NCBI GenBank assembly: GCA_044344255.1
Contig: JBIJDH010000029.1
Span: forward strand, 13,414 to 77,413
DNA: 64,000 bases
DNA from: Myxococcota bacterium
Lineage (GTDB): Bacteria; Myxococcota_A; UBA796; UBA2385
Direction: 5' to 3'
Part shown: positions 28,036-38,813 of the stretch, piece by piece
Position numbering within the stretch: the first letter of the stretch is position 1
Layout of the letters: each line of letters opens with the position of its first letter
Translations under genes and position numbers: made by a program
Notes under the pieces: model-generated
Database searches by the model: none
Told to the model about the DNA's origin: nothing
The model's input: only the letters and a program-made list of their open reading frames with translations

Positions 28036-31000
28036 ATGCACATCATCCCCGGCGACCCCTCCACCCGCGCCCCCCTCCGGGCCCTCGGGCCACCTGCCCT
28101 CCGCGCCGGGGTGGCCCTGCTCGCCCTCCTCACGGCCTGCTCGGACGACCCCGCAGGTAAGGGCGGGGGCGCGCCGCCCGCGGAGGGCGAGGGGGAGCCC
28201 GAGGATGACACCGCCCCCGACGGGGGAGACACCGGCGACACCATCGACGAGCTGCCCGCTCCCGGGGAGCCCTGGCTCCGCGACGAGCGGGCGGCGCCAG
28301 GCTCGATCACCTGGAGCGAGCTCCTCTACAACCAGCCGGGTGACGGAGATCTCGAGTGGTTCGAGCTCCACAACCCGATGGCCATGGACGTCGACCTCTC
28401 GGGCTGGTCGGTCTCGGGCGGGGTGAGCTACGCCTTTGAGGAGGGGGTCACCCTCCCCGCCGGCGGCTACCTCGTGGTGACGGCCGATCCCGCGCACCTC
28501 AGCGCCGAGACGGGCTACTCGAGCGCGCTCGGGCCCTACAGCGGCCGCCTCTCCAATGACGGGGAGCGGCTCGAGCTCTGGAACAACAGCGGGCGCCTCA
28601 TCGACACGGTCGCCTACGGCGAGGATGACCCCTGGCCCGTCGCCCCCGACGGCTCCGGCCTCTCCCTGGCCAAGGCCGACCCCGACGCCGCGAGCGACCA
28701 CGCCGAGAACTGGACCGCGAGCGCCGAGCTCGGCGGGACGCCCGGCCAGGCGAACGGCCTCGACCCCCACGCCGCTCCCACCACGCTGTCCCTCATTGAC
28801 CTCGAGGCCGAGTGGGCCTATGACCTCTCGGGCGCCTATCCCTCCCCCGACTGGGCCCAGGCTGACTACGACGACAGCGCCTGGGATCGCGCCCCCGCCG
28901 TCTTCTTCGCGGGCGCCTCCGATGAGGCCCTCCTCGGGACCCTCGCGGCGACGGCCGACAATTATTTCGCGGTCTATCTCGGCGCCGCCGACGGGACAGA
29001 CCTGCGGCTCGTCGGTGAAGACCAGGACGGAGACTGGACCACCGTGGAGCGCTTCGACGTCGAGGTCGGCCCCGAAGACCACCTCTTCCTCGCCGCCTGG
29101 GAGGCCTCCTGGGACTACGGCGGCCCGCAGATGACCCTCGCCGAGGTGACGCTGCCCGACGACGTGATCGGCACCGACCAGGCCGGCTTCGAGTGGATCC
29201 TCGGGCCCACCGGCGGAGCCCCTGGCATCCCCCCGGCTGACCCGCCGCCGACCGAGGCCGAGCTCGCCCTCCTCATCGCCGACGCCGACGCCGCCGGCGA
29301 CTGGGCCGCCCCCGCCGTTGAGGCGGACCGCGCCTCCTCCCCCTGGGGCTGGGCCGTCAGCCGTTGGTTCACCGACGCCACGAAGTACGTCTGGCCCGAC
29401 ACCTTCTCCGACACCTCGATCACCAACACGCGCGACACCTACGCCCTCTTCCGCTCGGTCGAGCCCCTTCAGGGCGCGCGCGGCAGCACGGAGCTCAGCG
29501 CCGTCCCCACCACGGCCACCTTCCGCACCGCCTTCACCCTCGACGCCGACCCCGCCGCCACCACCCTCTCCCTCTCCTGCCTGCTCGACGACGGCGCTAT
29601 CGTCTATCTCAACGGGGTGGAGGTCCACCGGGAGAACCTGCCCGCGGGCCCCCTCACCGCCACCACCCTGGCCGGCACCCCCATCGAGGTGGTCTCCACC
29701 GTCGCGGCGGAGCTCTCGACCGCGTCGCTCCTCCGCGGCGCCAACGTGCTCGCCGTCGAGCTGCACCAGGCCGAGCCCGCCGACCTTGACCTGACCTTCG
29801 GCTGCGCCTTGAGCGCCCGCGTCACCGCGGAGACCCCGCTGCCGCCGGTCCTGTTCAACGAGGTGTCGCCCGCCGCCGCTTCACCGACCGCCGAGGCGCC
29901 CGCCTGGGTCGAGCTCATCGGCCGCAGCGAGACGCCGGTCGCGCTGGGCGGCCTGATCCTCACCGCCTCGACCGGGGCGGAGCGGGTCCTCTCCGACGGC
30001 GAGCTCGCTTTGGGGGAGCTCCACACAGAGGGTGACCTCGGCTTCCCGGTCGAGGCGGGCGACGTGCTCTTCCTCTACTCGGCCGACCGCAGCGCCCTCC
30101 TCGACGCCGTGCGGGTGGGGGCGAGCCTCCGCGGCCGCGAGCCGGAGGGCGGGCCCTGGCGCTTCCCCGTGGCCGCCACCCCGGGGGCCGACAATGAGCT
30201 CGAGCGCTTCGATGACATCGTGATCAACGAGCTCCAGTACCACGCGGCCCCGGTCTCCCGAGAGGGTGAGCCGGTCACCGCGCGGCCCGAGGAGTGGATC
30301 GAGCTCACGAACCGCGGCGCCGCCGAGGTCGATCTCAGCGGCTGGCAGCTCGTCGACGCCGTCGCGTACACCTTTCCGGACGGCACGACCCTGTCCCCCG
30401 GCGAGCTGCTCGTCATCGCGAAGGACGCCGCGGCCCTGCGCTCGGCGCACCCCGACATCACCGTGCTCGGCGACTTCAAAGGCCAGCTCAACAACAGCGG
30501 TGACCGCGTGCTCCTCCTCGACGCCCGCGGCAACCCTGCCGACACGGTGCGGTATTACGATGGCGGGCGCTGGCCCGACGCGGCGGACGGCGGCGGCTCC
30601 ACCCTCGAGCTCAAAGACCCCCGCGCCGACAACGCCGCGCCCGAGGCCTGGGCGGCGAGCGCGGAGGGCGGCCGCGCCGAGTGGGTCACCGTCTCCTATC
30701 GCGGAGAGGCCACGCCGAGCGTGGTCGGGCCGGACGGGGTCTGGCAGGAGCTCGTCCTCGGCCTGCTCGACCAGGGTGAGGTGCTGATCGACGATCTCCG
30801 CGTCATCCAAGACCCCGACACCGCCCCGGTCGACCTCATCCAGAACGGCGGCTTCGACGACGGCTCCGACGGCGGAGCGGCCCACTGGCGCCTGCTCGGG
30901 AACCACCGCCACAGCGAGGTCATCGCCGACCCCGACGACGCCTCGAACGCCGTGCTGCGGCTCCGCGCCTCGGGCCCCACCGGCCACATGCACAACCACG

Positions 31001-32910
31001 CCGAGACCACGCTGCTCCGGCCGATCACCACCACCGAGTACGAGATCTCCTATCGGGCCCGCTGGGTGTCGGGCTCGAACCAGGTCCACAGCCGCCTCTA
31101 TTTCAATCGCCTCCCCCACACCGCCCTCGTGGAGCAGCCAGAGGCCTCGGGCTCCCCCGGGGCCGCCAATTCCACGCGAATCGACAACCTCGGCCCCACC
31201 TTCTCGGGCGCCGGCCAAGACATCGCCGTCCCCGCCGCCTTCGAGCCGGTGCGGATCACCGCCACCGCCGCCGATCCCGACGGCGTCACCGGCCTCACCC
31301 TCTGGAGCGCGGTCGATGGCGCCGCCTTCGAGCCGACCGACATGGTCGAGTCCGCGCCCGGGGAGTGGGTCGCCGCGCTCGACGGACAGGCCGCCGGGGC
31401 GATCACCCAGTTCTACATCGAGGCCGAGGACAGCCTCGGCGCCCTCTCCACCTTCCCGGCGGCCGGCCCCGACTCCCGGGCCCTGCTCCAGGCCGACGAC
31501 GGGCTGGCCGAGTCGAACGGCCTCCACAATTTCCGCATCCTGATGACCGAGGCCGACTCCGACTGGCTGCTCGACGACGTCAACCTCATGAGCGACGACC
31601 TCATCGGCGCCACGATCGTCTACGACGAAGCCGAGGTCTTCTATGACGTGGGCGTCCGCGCCAAGGGCAGCGAGCGCGGCCGGCCCGAGGTGCCGCGGCT
31701 CGGCTACGGCGTCTCCTTCCACAAAGAGCAGCCCTTCCGCGGCAGCCACACGAGCGTGCTCGTCGATCGGTCCGAGGGGGTGGGCTTCGGCCAGCGCGAG
31801 GTGCTGATGAACCTCGTGATGACCCACGCGGGCTCGGTCTCCGGCGAGTACAACGACCTCATCCACGCGCTGACGCCGCGCGCCGAGCACACCGGCCCGG
31901 CCGAGCTCCAGCTCGACCGATTCAGCGACCTCGTGCTCGACGCCCAGTTCGAGGCCGGCTCGAGCGGCACCCTCTTCGAGTACGAGCTCATCTACTACCC
32001 CTACACCACCGACGACGGCAGCGCCGAGGGCCTGAAGCTGCCCCAGCCCGACGCCGTGGTCGGCACCGCCATCACCGACCTCGGCGACGACAAGGAAGAC
32101 TGGCGCTGGAATTTCCTCATCCAGAACAACGAGCGAGAGGACGACTACGCCCGCTTCATCGACCTCGGACAGACCTTCGCCCTCTCCGACGCCGACCTCC
32201 TGGCCGAGGTCGAGGCGGTGATCGACGTCGACCAGTGGCTGCGCGCCTACGCCTTCGCCACGCTCTCCGGCGCCGTCGACAACTACGGCGGCGACGGCAG
32301 CCAGCACAACGCGCGCTTCTATGTCCGCCCCGAAGACCAGCGCCTGCTCTACTTCCCTCACGACCTCGACTTCTATGGCGGCTACACGATGCCCGTGGTG
32401 GGCAACGGAGACCTCCGCCGCCTCCTCGAGGCGCCGGTCTATCGCCGGGCCTATTACGGTCACCTCAACGACATCATCGGCCGGGCTTACAACCGCGAGT
32501 ACCTGGCCCCCTGGTGTGAGCAGCTCGGCGCCCTGCTGCCGAGCCAGGACGTCTCCGGGAATTGCGACTTCATCGCCAACCGCGCCGACTGGATCCTCTA
32601 TGGCGCGACCGACTCGGTGAGCGCGGTCTATCCGGCGGTCTCCTTCGCCATCACCACCGCCGGCGGCGCCGACCACTCGGTCGCGTCCACCGAGGTCGTG
32701 CTCGAGGGGCAGGGCTGGATCGACGTGCGATCGATCGCCCTCGACAGCGACGGCCTGCCGCTCGAGCTCACCTGGGCTGACGGCACCCACTGGGCCATGA
32801 CCGTGCCGCTCGAACCCGGGGCGAACGCGCTCACGCTGGTGGCGACGGACCACCAGGGCGCGATCGTCGGCACCGACACCATCGTCGTGACCTCCACCGC
32901 GGGTGAGTGA
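28036..32910 (+). CDS. cotH: Lamin-tail-domain / CotH kinase family lipoprotein
   Basis: Lipobox LTAC; repeated LTDs (SELLYN..EWFELHN, INELQYH..EWIELTN, DLSGW); CotH motifs GVRAKGS, IDVDQWLR, DNY, HNARFY, PHDLD; C-terminal Ig-like LEPGANALTLVATD. Confidence 0.88.
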   Translation: MHIIPGDPSTRAPLRALGPPALRAGVALLALLTACSDDPAGKGGGAPPAEGEGEPEDDTAPDGGDTGDTIDELPAPGEPWLRDERAAPGSITWSELLYNQPGDGDLEWFELHNPMAMDVDLSGWSVSGGVSYAFEEGVTLPAGGYLVVTADPAHLSAETGYSSALGPYSGRLSNDGERLELWNNSGRLIDTVAYGEDDPWPVAPDGSGLSLAKADPDAASDHAENWTASAELGGTPGQANGLDPHAAPTTLSLIDLEAEWAYDLSGAYPSPDWAQADYDDSAWDRAPAVFFAGASDEALLGTLAATADNYFAVYLGAADGTDLRLVGEDQDGDWTTVERFDVEVGPEDHLFLAAWEASWDYGGPQMTLAEVTLPDDVIGTDQAGFEWILGPTGGAPGIPPADPPPTEAELALLIADADAAGDWAAPAVEADRASSPWGWAVSRWFTDATKYVWPDTFSDTSITNTRDTYALFRSVEPLQGARGSTELSAVPTTATFRTAFTLDADPAATTLSLSCLLDDGAIVYLNGVEVHRENLPAGPLTATTLAGTPIEVVSTVAAELSTASLLRGANVLAVELHQAEPADLDLTFGCALSARVTAETPLPPVLFNEVSPAAASPTAEAPAWVELIGRSETPVALGGLILTASTGAERVLSDGELALGELHTEGDLGFPVEAGDVLFLYSADRSALLDAVRVGASLRGREPEGGPWRFPVAATPGADNELERFDDIVINELQYHAAPVSREGEPVTARPEEWIELTNRGAAEVDLSGWQLVDAVAYTFPDGTTLSPGELLVIAKDAAALRSAHPDITVLGDFKGQLNNSGDRVLLLDARGNPADTVRYYDGGRWPDAADGGGSTLELKDPRADNAAPEAWAASAEGGRAEWVTVSYRGEATPSVVGPDGVWQELVLGLLDQGEVLIDDLRVIQDPDTAPVDLIQNGGFDDGSDGGAAHWRLLGNHRHSEVIADPDDASNAVLRLRASGPTGHMHNHAETTLLRPITTTEYEISYRARWVSGSNQVHSRLYFNRLPHTALVEQPEASGSPGAANSTRIDNLGPTFSGAGQDIAVPAAFEPVRITATAADPDGVTGLTLWSAVDGAAFEPTDMVESAPGEWVAALDGQAAGAITQFYIEAEDSLGALSTFPAAGPDSRALLQADDGLAESNGLHNFRILMTEADSDWLLDDVNLMSDDLIGATIVYDEAEVFYDVGVRAKGSERGRPEVPRLGYGVSFHKEQPFRGSHTSVLVDRSEGVGFGQREVLMNLVMTHAGSVSGEYNDLIHALTPRAEHTGPAELQLDRFSDLVLDAQFEAGSSGTLFEYELIYYPYTTDDGSAEGLKLPQPDAVVGTAITDLGDDKEDWRWNFLIQNNEREDDYARFIDLGQTFALSDADLLAEVEAVIDVDQWLRAYAFATLSGAVDNYGGDGSQHNARFYVRPEDQRLLYFPHDLDFYGGYTMPVVGNGDLRRLLEAPVYRRAYYGHLNDIIGRAYNREYLAPWCEQLGALLPSQDVSGNCDFIANRADWILYGATDSVSAVYPAVSFAITTAGGADHSVASTEVVLEGQGWIDVRSIALDSDGLPLELTWADGTHWAMTVPLEPGANALTLVATDHQGAIVGTDTIVVTSTAGE

Positions 32911-34153
32911 GCGCCCCTGTCACCACCTCCATCGTCTACGACGCGCCGCTGAGCTGGCGGCGCCGAGAGGCCACCTCCTGATGTCCGCATCCGCTGCGCC
33001 CGCCGCCACCCTCCTCCGCTCCGCCCGCCTCGCCCCGCTCCTCCGGGCCCGCCCGAGCCTCGCCGCCCGCCTCGAAGGCTCCGACGAGGAGGCCGAGGCC
33101 GCCCTGCTCGACGCCGCCGCGGCCGGCGACTGCGCCCTGCTGCCGCTCGTGACCTGGCTCCAGGTCCGCCGCGCTTGGGCCGCGCCGCCGCCCGCCGCGC
33201 CGGAGGCCGCGAGGTCGCAGGAGGCCCCGACCCCGCCCGAGGGCCAAGACCCCTACCGCGCCGGGATCCGCGCCGCGCACGCGCAGATCGTCACATCCGT
33301 GCAGGAGACCTGCCCCGAGGTGGGAGCGGGCTTCGCCGCCTGGACGACGAGCCTCACCCGCGGCGCGCCGCCCGAGGACTACTTCACCCACCCCGACGCC
33401 TTCCCAACCCTCTGGCTGCCCTATGTGCTCGAGCGGGCCCTCGACGGAGAGAAGCTGGCCGCCGGCCTCTTACGCTCCTCGGTGGCCGGCTACTACGCGA
33501 TCCGCATCATGGACAACCTGATGGACGGCGACGCCACGGTCGAGGCGGCCCTCCTCGCCGCGCTCGCCCCCCTCTCCGCCCTGTTTGTCCAACCGCTCCG
33601 AGAGCAGCTCGGCGATGACCTCGAGTTCCAGGCCCTCTTCGACGAGATCTGGACCCGAAGCGCCGAGGCCACCATCCTCGACGGCGAGCTCGACGACGTA
33701 GACGAGGCCACCTTCGTGGGTGTCTCGGCGCGGAAGGTCGAGGCCGCACTCATCCCGGTGGTCGCCGTCTGTCGCGCCTATGGGCAGCCCCAGCGGGTCC
33801 CGCGCTGGTCCCAATTCCTCGCCCGTTACGGCGCCTGGCACCAGCTCGCCAACGACACACGCGATTGGCAGCGGGACCACCAGAAGGGCCGCCTGACCTG
33901 GCTCCTCGCCGAGGGCCGCCGCCGCCGCGCCGCCGGAGAGGGGGTGGAGCTGTGGATCGTCCGCGAGGGGCACGACTGGGCGACGGCGCAGCTCGATCGC
34001 ATCATGGCGGAGTGTCGGAGCCTCGCCGCTGACCTCGACTGTCCCCCTGTGATCGACTTCCTCGACGCCCGCTCCGCCACGGAGCAGGAGCGCCGCGACC
34101 AGGCCGAGCCGGGCCTCGCGCTGGCGCGGAGCCTGCTCCGCCTGATCCGTTGA
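32903..34153 (+). CDS. Class I isoprenoid-synthase-fold protein
   Basis: Asp-rich motifs IRIMDNLMDGD and HQLANDTRDWQRD in an all-helical context; start may be ATG 32981. Confidence 0.65.
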   Translation: MSERPCHHLHRLRRAAELAAPRGHLLMSASAAPAATLLRSARLAPLLRARPSLAARLEGSDEEAEAALLDAAAAGDCALLPLVTWLQVRRAWAAPPPAAPEAARSQEAPTPPEGQDPYRAGIRAAHAQIVTSVQETCPEVGAGFAAWTTSLTRGAPPEDYFTHPDAFPTLWLPYVLERALDGEKLAAGLLRSSVAGYYAIRIMDNLMDGDATVEAALLAALAPLSALFVQPLREQLGDDLEFQALFDEIWTRSAEATILDGELDDVDEATFVGVSARKVEAALIPVVAVCRAYGQPQRVPRWSQFLARYGAWHQLANDTRDWQRDHQKGRLTWLLAEGRRRRAAGEGVELWIVREGHDWATAQLDRIMAECRSLAADLDCPPVIDFLDARSATEQERRDQAEPGLALARSLLRLIR

Positions 34154-34249
34154 GGGAGATCCGCGCCCTGGTCGGACAGGCCCCGTGATAGGGTTCCCTC
34201 TCAAGGAGGCCCTCACCTGCGCCCGATCTCGCCCGCGCCGTCCACGCTC

Positions 34250-34669
34250 GTGCTCCTGCTGCTCGCGGCCTGCTCGGCTGCTGGCACCGGAGATCCGCGG
34301 GCGGCCGGCGAGGATGGCCCGGGCGGCTCGGAGGAGACGGGAGGGCCCGACGAGACCGGCGGGTCCCACGAGACCGGCACCCCGACCGACCCCTTCTGTG
34401 ACGGTCAGCCCCAGGTCACCTGGGCCAACTTCGGCCACGGCTTCCTCCTCGGCGCCTGCCAGGGCTGTCACGCGGCCTCCGCCCCCGATCGCCACGACGC
34501 GCCCGAGAGCGTCACCTTCGACACCGTAGACGAGGCCTGGGCCTGGGACGCGCGGATCCTCTCGCGCTCCACCGGGGAGGCGCCCACCATGCCGCCGCTC
34601 GGCGGGGTCTCCGACGACGACCGGCTCCTCCTCGAGATCTGGCTGCGCTGCGCGACCCCCGGCACCTGA
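34250..34669 (+). CDS. Monoheme c-type cytochrome lipoprotein
   Basis: Lipobox LLAAC; VTWANFG..FL..ACQGCH; MPP axial Met. Confidence 0.82.
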   Translation: MLLLLAACSAAGTGDPRAAGEDGPGGSEETGGPDETGGSHETGTPTDPFCDGQPQVTWANFGHGFLLGACQGCHAASAPDRHDAPESVTFDTVDEAWAWDARILSRSTGEAPTMPPLGGVSDDDRLLLEIWLRCATPGT

Positions 34670-34703
34670 GCCCTGCGCCCGCCGCGCCTCGCTGGTCCAG
34701 GCT

Positions 34704-35792
34704 GTGGTACCCTCCCTCCAACCGGAGCGTCCTGTGCACCACCGCCGACTCCCCCGCACCCTCTGGGCGCTCCTGCCGTGCGCCCTCCTGGCTTGCACCT
34801 CCGAGAATCAGGTGGTCGGGTCCGCGCCGACGGGCGCCACCCCCGGGGCCGACCCGGGCGACGGGGCGGACGGAGGCGCCGACGAAGGCGACACAGCCCG
34901 ACCCGACGGCGACGACACGGGGGACGCGCTCCCCACCGAGTATGTGATCGAGGACGACGAGCCTCCCCCCCTGCTCAGCCTGCCCGAGGTCGAGCAGTCG
35001 CTCGTCGAGGTGGTGGCCGCCTTTCGCAACTGGCGCCCCTTCCTCGTCTACGAGGCCCACGCCGCCATGCTCGCCGACGGCGACGGCGCCTGCCCCATCC
35101 CCTATGACTATTATTTCCCCACCTATGGGTACTACTACTACTATGGGAGCTGCGTCGCCGGGTCCGGGCTGACCTACGACGGCTACATCTACGGCATCAC
35201 CTACGGGACGGAGCTCGACACCGCCTCCTACGTCTATGACCACTACGCCTGGTGGTACGGCGAAGGGGCGGCTCGCCTCTCCGACGATCAGCGCTTCGAC
35301 ATGTCCGGGTATTTCTATACCTACAACTATCGGTACCTCGACACCGAGGTCTCCACGGTCTATCTGAGCTTCACGGGAGAGGCCCTGTGGACTGGCGAGA
35401 CCTACGGGGACACCTGGCTCGGTGAGGCCCGCAGCCTGAGCCTCACGGTCTCGGGCAACGGCGCCCCCGGCCAGGGGGCGGCGATCTCGCTCGAGGGCGG
35501 CATGAGCGGGCTGTCCACCACCCACACCGACACCGTGCGCTTCGAGGAGGTCTACATGGCCACCGAGGCCTGGGGCTCGGACTGTCCGATCGAGCCCTCC
35601 GGCATCGTCTCTGTGCGAGACGCCGCGGGCGAGTGGTACTCGGTCACCTTTGACGGCCCCGCCCACGCGGGCGCCGAGTCTTTCCCGCCGAAGTGCGACG
35701 GCTGCGGCGAGGTGTGGTACCGCGGCGCCTCCCTCGGAGCGGTCTGTCCCGACCTCGGCGCCTTGACGAGCTGGGAGCGGAACCCATGGTGA
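34704..35792 (+). CDS. Tyr-rich lipoprotein of a DUF1501-associated cluster
   Basis: Lipobox LLAC; YDYYFPTYGYYYYYG; CPIEPSG and CDGCG motifs. Confidence 0.75.
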   Translation: MVPSLQPERPVHHRRLPRTLWALLPCALLACTSENQVVGSAPTGATPGADPGDGADGGADEGDTARPDGDDTGDALPTEYVIEDDEPPPLLSLPEVEQSLVEVVAAFRNWRPFLVYEAHAAMLADGDGACPIPYDYYFPTYGYYYYYGSCVAGSGLTYDGYIYGITYGTELDTASYVYDHYAWWYGEGAARLSDDQRFDMSGYFYTYNYRYLDTEVSTVYLSFTGEALWTGETYGDTWLGEARSLSLTVSGNGAPGQGAAISLEGGMSGLSTTHTDTVRFEEVYMATEAWGSDCPIEPSGIVSVRDAAGEWYSVTFDGPAHAGAESFPPKCDGCGEVWYRGASLGAVCPDLGALTSWERNPW

Positions 35793-35799
35793 GGTCGTC

Positions 35800-37464
35800 A
35801 TGGTGATCTGGCTGGCGCTGGCTTGCGCCGACTCTACTCCCCCGGCGACGGTCCTCGTGGATCCCGCGCTCCAGGCCGAGCCTGAGGCCGGCGGCGACTC
35901 AGCGGCCCCGCTCAGCCCCGAGGTCGGCGGCCCGCCCGCCCGGCCCGTCGAGGCCCTCAGCCGAGCCAGCCTCGACCTGCGCGGGGTGCGCCCGAGCTTC
36001 GAGGAGCTCGCCCTGGTGGAGGCCGATCCCGCGGCCTTCGACGCCCTCGCGGAAGGTTTCCTCCACGACCCCCGCTTCGGCGGACGGGTGAGAGAGATGT
36101 GGGGTGACCTCTACCTCACCCATGTGGACTATTACTACGTCACCGCCTCCGAGTACGGCATCGACGACAGCGTCGGCTTCATCCGCGCGGTGGGTGACGA
36201 GCCGCTGCGCATCCTGTCCACCATCGCCGAGGAGGACCTGCCCTACACGGAGCTCGTCCAGTCCGACTGGACGATGATGAACGAGCTCAACGGGCGCGCC
36301 TTCTTCACGGACTACCCGGCCGACACGACGGGCTGGCAGCGCGTCCACTACACCGACGGCCGCCCCGCCGCCGGCATCCTGTCCACCAACGGCATGTGGT
36401 GGCGATACACCAGCACCGACTCCAACGCCAACCGCGGTCGGGCGAACGCCGTCAGCCGGATGCTCGTCTGCAGCGACTACCTCTCCCGGCCGATTGAGTT
36501 CGATCGTAACGTCAACCTCCTCGACTCCGAGGCGCTGGACGACGCGCTGCAGAACAACCCGGGCTGCGTGAGCTGCCACGCCACGCTTGACCCCATCGCG
36601 AGCTACTTCTACGGCTTCTACCACTATATCTACACATCCAAAGATGAGCTCACCGGCTATCACCCCGAGCGGGAGGGGATGTGGGCCGAGGCCACCGGGG
36701 TGGCCCCCGGATGGATGGGGGAGGCCGGATACAACCTCTCCGACCTCGGCGACCAGATCGCGGCCGACCCTCGCTACCCCGAGTGTCTCGTCCGGCAGGT
36801 CAACGAGCGGCTGCTCGGTCGGGAGCAGGGGCTGAGCGACTTTGATCGCCTGAGCGCCCATCGGGAGGCCTTCCTCCGAGAGGGGCTCACAATTCGCTCG
36901 GTCTTTCGGGCCGTGCTCGCCGAGCCCGAGTACCGCGACGGCGCCCGGGCCGACGGCGGCCTCGCGCGGCGCATGATGAGCCCCGACCAGGTGGCGAGCG
37001 TGCTCGAAGACCTCACCACCTTCCGCTTCACCGCGGGTGGCTACGACATCCTGCAGAGCGACACCTACGGCGTGCGCACCCTCGCAGGGGGTGTGGACGG
37101 GGTCTATGCCACTCGCCCCGCCACCGAGCCCAACGCCACCATGCTGCTCGTGCACGAGCGGGTCGCTCAGGCCGCCGCCGACCACATCGTCCGGCGGGAC
37201 GCCGCGGCCCCGGCCGAGGAGGACCACCTCTTCCGGCGGATCGACTTCACCGAGACGCCGGACCGTGGCGGGGAGGCGATGGTGCTCCAGCTCCAAGACC
37301 TCCACCTCCGCCTCTTCGGTCGCCACGTCGCCGCGGACGGGCCGGAGGTCGAGGCCAACCTCGGCCTGTGGACGGAGCTCTACGCCCTCAGCGGGAGCGT
37401 CACCGGCGCCTGGACCGGCCTCCTCTCCGTCCTCCTCCGCGACCCCGACCTCCTGATCTATTGA
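35800..37464 (+). CDS. DUF1549/DUF1585/DUF1588-like c-type cytochrome lipoprotein
   Basis: RASLDLRGVRPS, AGILST, NANRGRAN, CVSCHATLDPIAS, C-terminal LLRDPDLLIY. Confidence 0.8.
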   Translation: MVIWLALACADSTPPATVLVDPALQAEPEAGGDSAAPLSPEVGGPPARPVEALSRASLDLRGVRPSFEELALVEADPAAFDALAEGFLHDPRFGGRVREMWGDLYLTHVDYYYVTASEYGIDDSVGFIRAVGDEPLRILSTIAEEDLPYTELVQSDWTMMNELNGRAFFTDYPADTTGWQRVHYTDGRPAAGILSTNGMWWRYTSTDSNANRGRANAVSRMLVCSDYLSRPIEFDRNVNLLDSEALDDALQNNPGCVSCHATLDPIASYFYGFYHYIYTSKDELTGYHPEREGMWAEATGVAPGWMGEAGYNLSDLGDQIAADPRYPECLVRQVNERLLGREQGLSDFDRLSAHREAFLREGLTIRSVFRAVLAEPEYRDGARADGGLARRMMSPDQVASVLEDLTTFRFTAGGYDILQSDTYGVRTLAGGVDGVYATRPATEPNATMLLVHERVAQAAADHIVRRDAAAPAEEDHLFRRIDFTETPDRGGEAMVLQLQDLHLRLFGRHVAADGPEVEANLGLWTELYALSGSVTGAWTGLLSVLLRDPDLLIY

Positions 37465-37505
37465 TTGGGTCTATTGATCCCCCGGTATCCGGAGCGCCGC
37501 TGGCC

Positions 37506-38813
37506 ATGATGAAGACCAACCGCATCTACCTGTCCCGTCGTGGGCTCCTTCGCGCGGGCGGGCAGTCGCTCGGGGTGGGCCTCGGGGCGATGGGCCTCGG
37601 CGCGCTGGGCCTCGGCGCGAGGCCGGCGATGGCCGCCTCCGTGTCTGGCTCCGACCTCAAGTTCCTCTTCGTGGTCTGTTACGGCGGCTGGGACCCCACC
37701 CGTGTCTTCGCGAGTGAGCTCGACAACCCCTTCGTAGACCTCGAGGGAGACGCCGGCCTGGGCACGAGCGGAGACCTGCGCTGGATCGAGCATGACAGCC
37801 GCCCTGCGGTGACCGAATACATGTCACTCCAGGCCGCCCGCACGCTCTTCTTCAACGGCGTGCTGGTCCAGTCGATCGCGCACGAGAACTGCCTCCGCAT
37901 CCAGCTCACCGGCTCCACCGCACAAGACCGCAGCGACTGGGGGGCCATCCTCGCCGGCGAGCGGGCAGAGGCCTTCGCGTTGCCGCAGGTGGTGGTCGGC
38001 GGGCCCTCCTTCCCGGGCGACTTCGGCGCCTTCGTCACCCGCACCGGCACTGGGGGCCAGCTCACGAGCCTCCTGTCCGGAGACATCGCGGCGACGAGCG
38101 ACACTCCGGTCTCCGCCGTGGACGGGACGGCGGAGGCGATCATGGACCGCTACCTCCGGTCCCGCTCCGCCGCGCGGCTATCCGGCGCCGCCGCGGGCGA
38201 AGACGCGCTGCTGATGGACGCCTTCGACCGCGCCCTCGAGCGCGAGCAGCTGCTCAAGAGCCTGCGCCACGACGTCCCCTGGAGCGCCGCCACCACCTTC
38301 GCCGGACAGGCCCGACTGGCGATCGAGCTCATGTCGCTGGGCCTGTCGCGGGTGTCTACCCTGTCCTACTCGCTGTACGGCTGGGACACCCACACGATGA
38401 ACGACACCTACCAAGCCTTGAACTTCCAAGGCCTGTTCACCGAGCTCAACACCATCCACGACCGCCTCGCTCGCACCCCCGGGACGACCGCGGCCACCCT
38501 GGCCGACGAGACCGTGGTCGTCGTGATGTCGGAGATGGGCCGCACGCCCCAGCTCAACGGGAATGACGGGAAGGACCACTGGCCCTACACCGCCACGATG
38601 GTCACCGGCCCGAACATCCGCGGCGGGCGGGTGATCGGCGGCTACGACAGCGCCTACTACGGGCGCACCATCGACCCCGCCACCGGCGACGTCACCGATG
38701 ACGCCACCAACCTCTCGAGCGACGTCGTGGGAGCCACCCTGCTCGCCCTCGGCGGGGTCGATCCGAGCGGCTACACTACCGGGGTCGAGCCCGTGCTCGG
38801 CGCCCTCGCCTGA
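37506..38813 (+). CDS. DUF1501 family Tat-exported protein
   Basis: SRRGLL Tat motif; GGWDP, WDTH, SEMGRTP, GKDHW, GGRVIG. Confidence 0.88.
   Translation: MMKTNRIYLSRRGLLRAGGQSLGVGLGAMGLGALGLGARPAMAASVSGSDLKFLFVVCYGGWDPTRVFASELDNPFVDLEGDAGLGTSGDLRWIEHDSRPAVTEYMSLQAARTLFFNGVLVQSIAHENCLRIQLTGSTAQDRSDWGAILAGERAEAFALPQVVVGGPSFPGDFGAFVTRTGTGGQLTSLLSGDIAATSDTPVSAVDGTAEAIMDRYLRSRSAARLSGAAAGEDALLMDAFDRALEREQLLKSLRHDVPWSAATTFAGQARLAIELMSLGLSRVSTLSYSLYGWDTHTMNDTYQALNFQGLFTELNTIHDRLARTPGTTAATLADETVVVVMSEMGRTPQLNGNDGKDHWPYTATMVTGPNIRGGRVIGGYDSAYYGRTIDPATGDVTDDATNLSSDVVGATLLALGGVDPSGYTTGVEPVLGALA

Noticed and set aside
29881..32853. 990-aa minus ORF, and similar shadows at 44270-47227, 49512-51962, 55190-57433 and 41723-44035
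   Set aside because: Antisense or alternative-frame shadows typical of high-GC DNA, overlapping motif-bearing genes.
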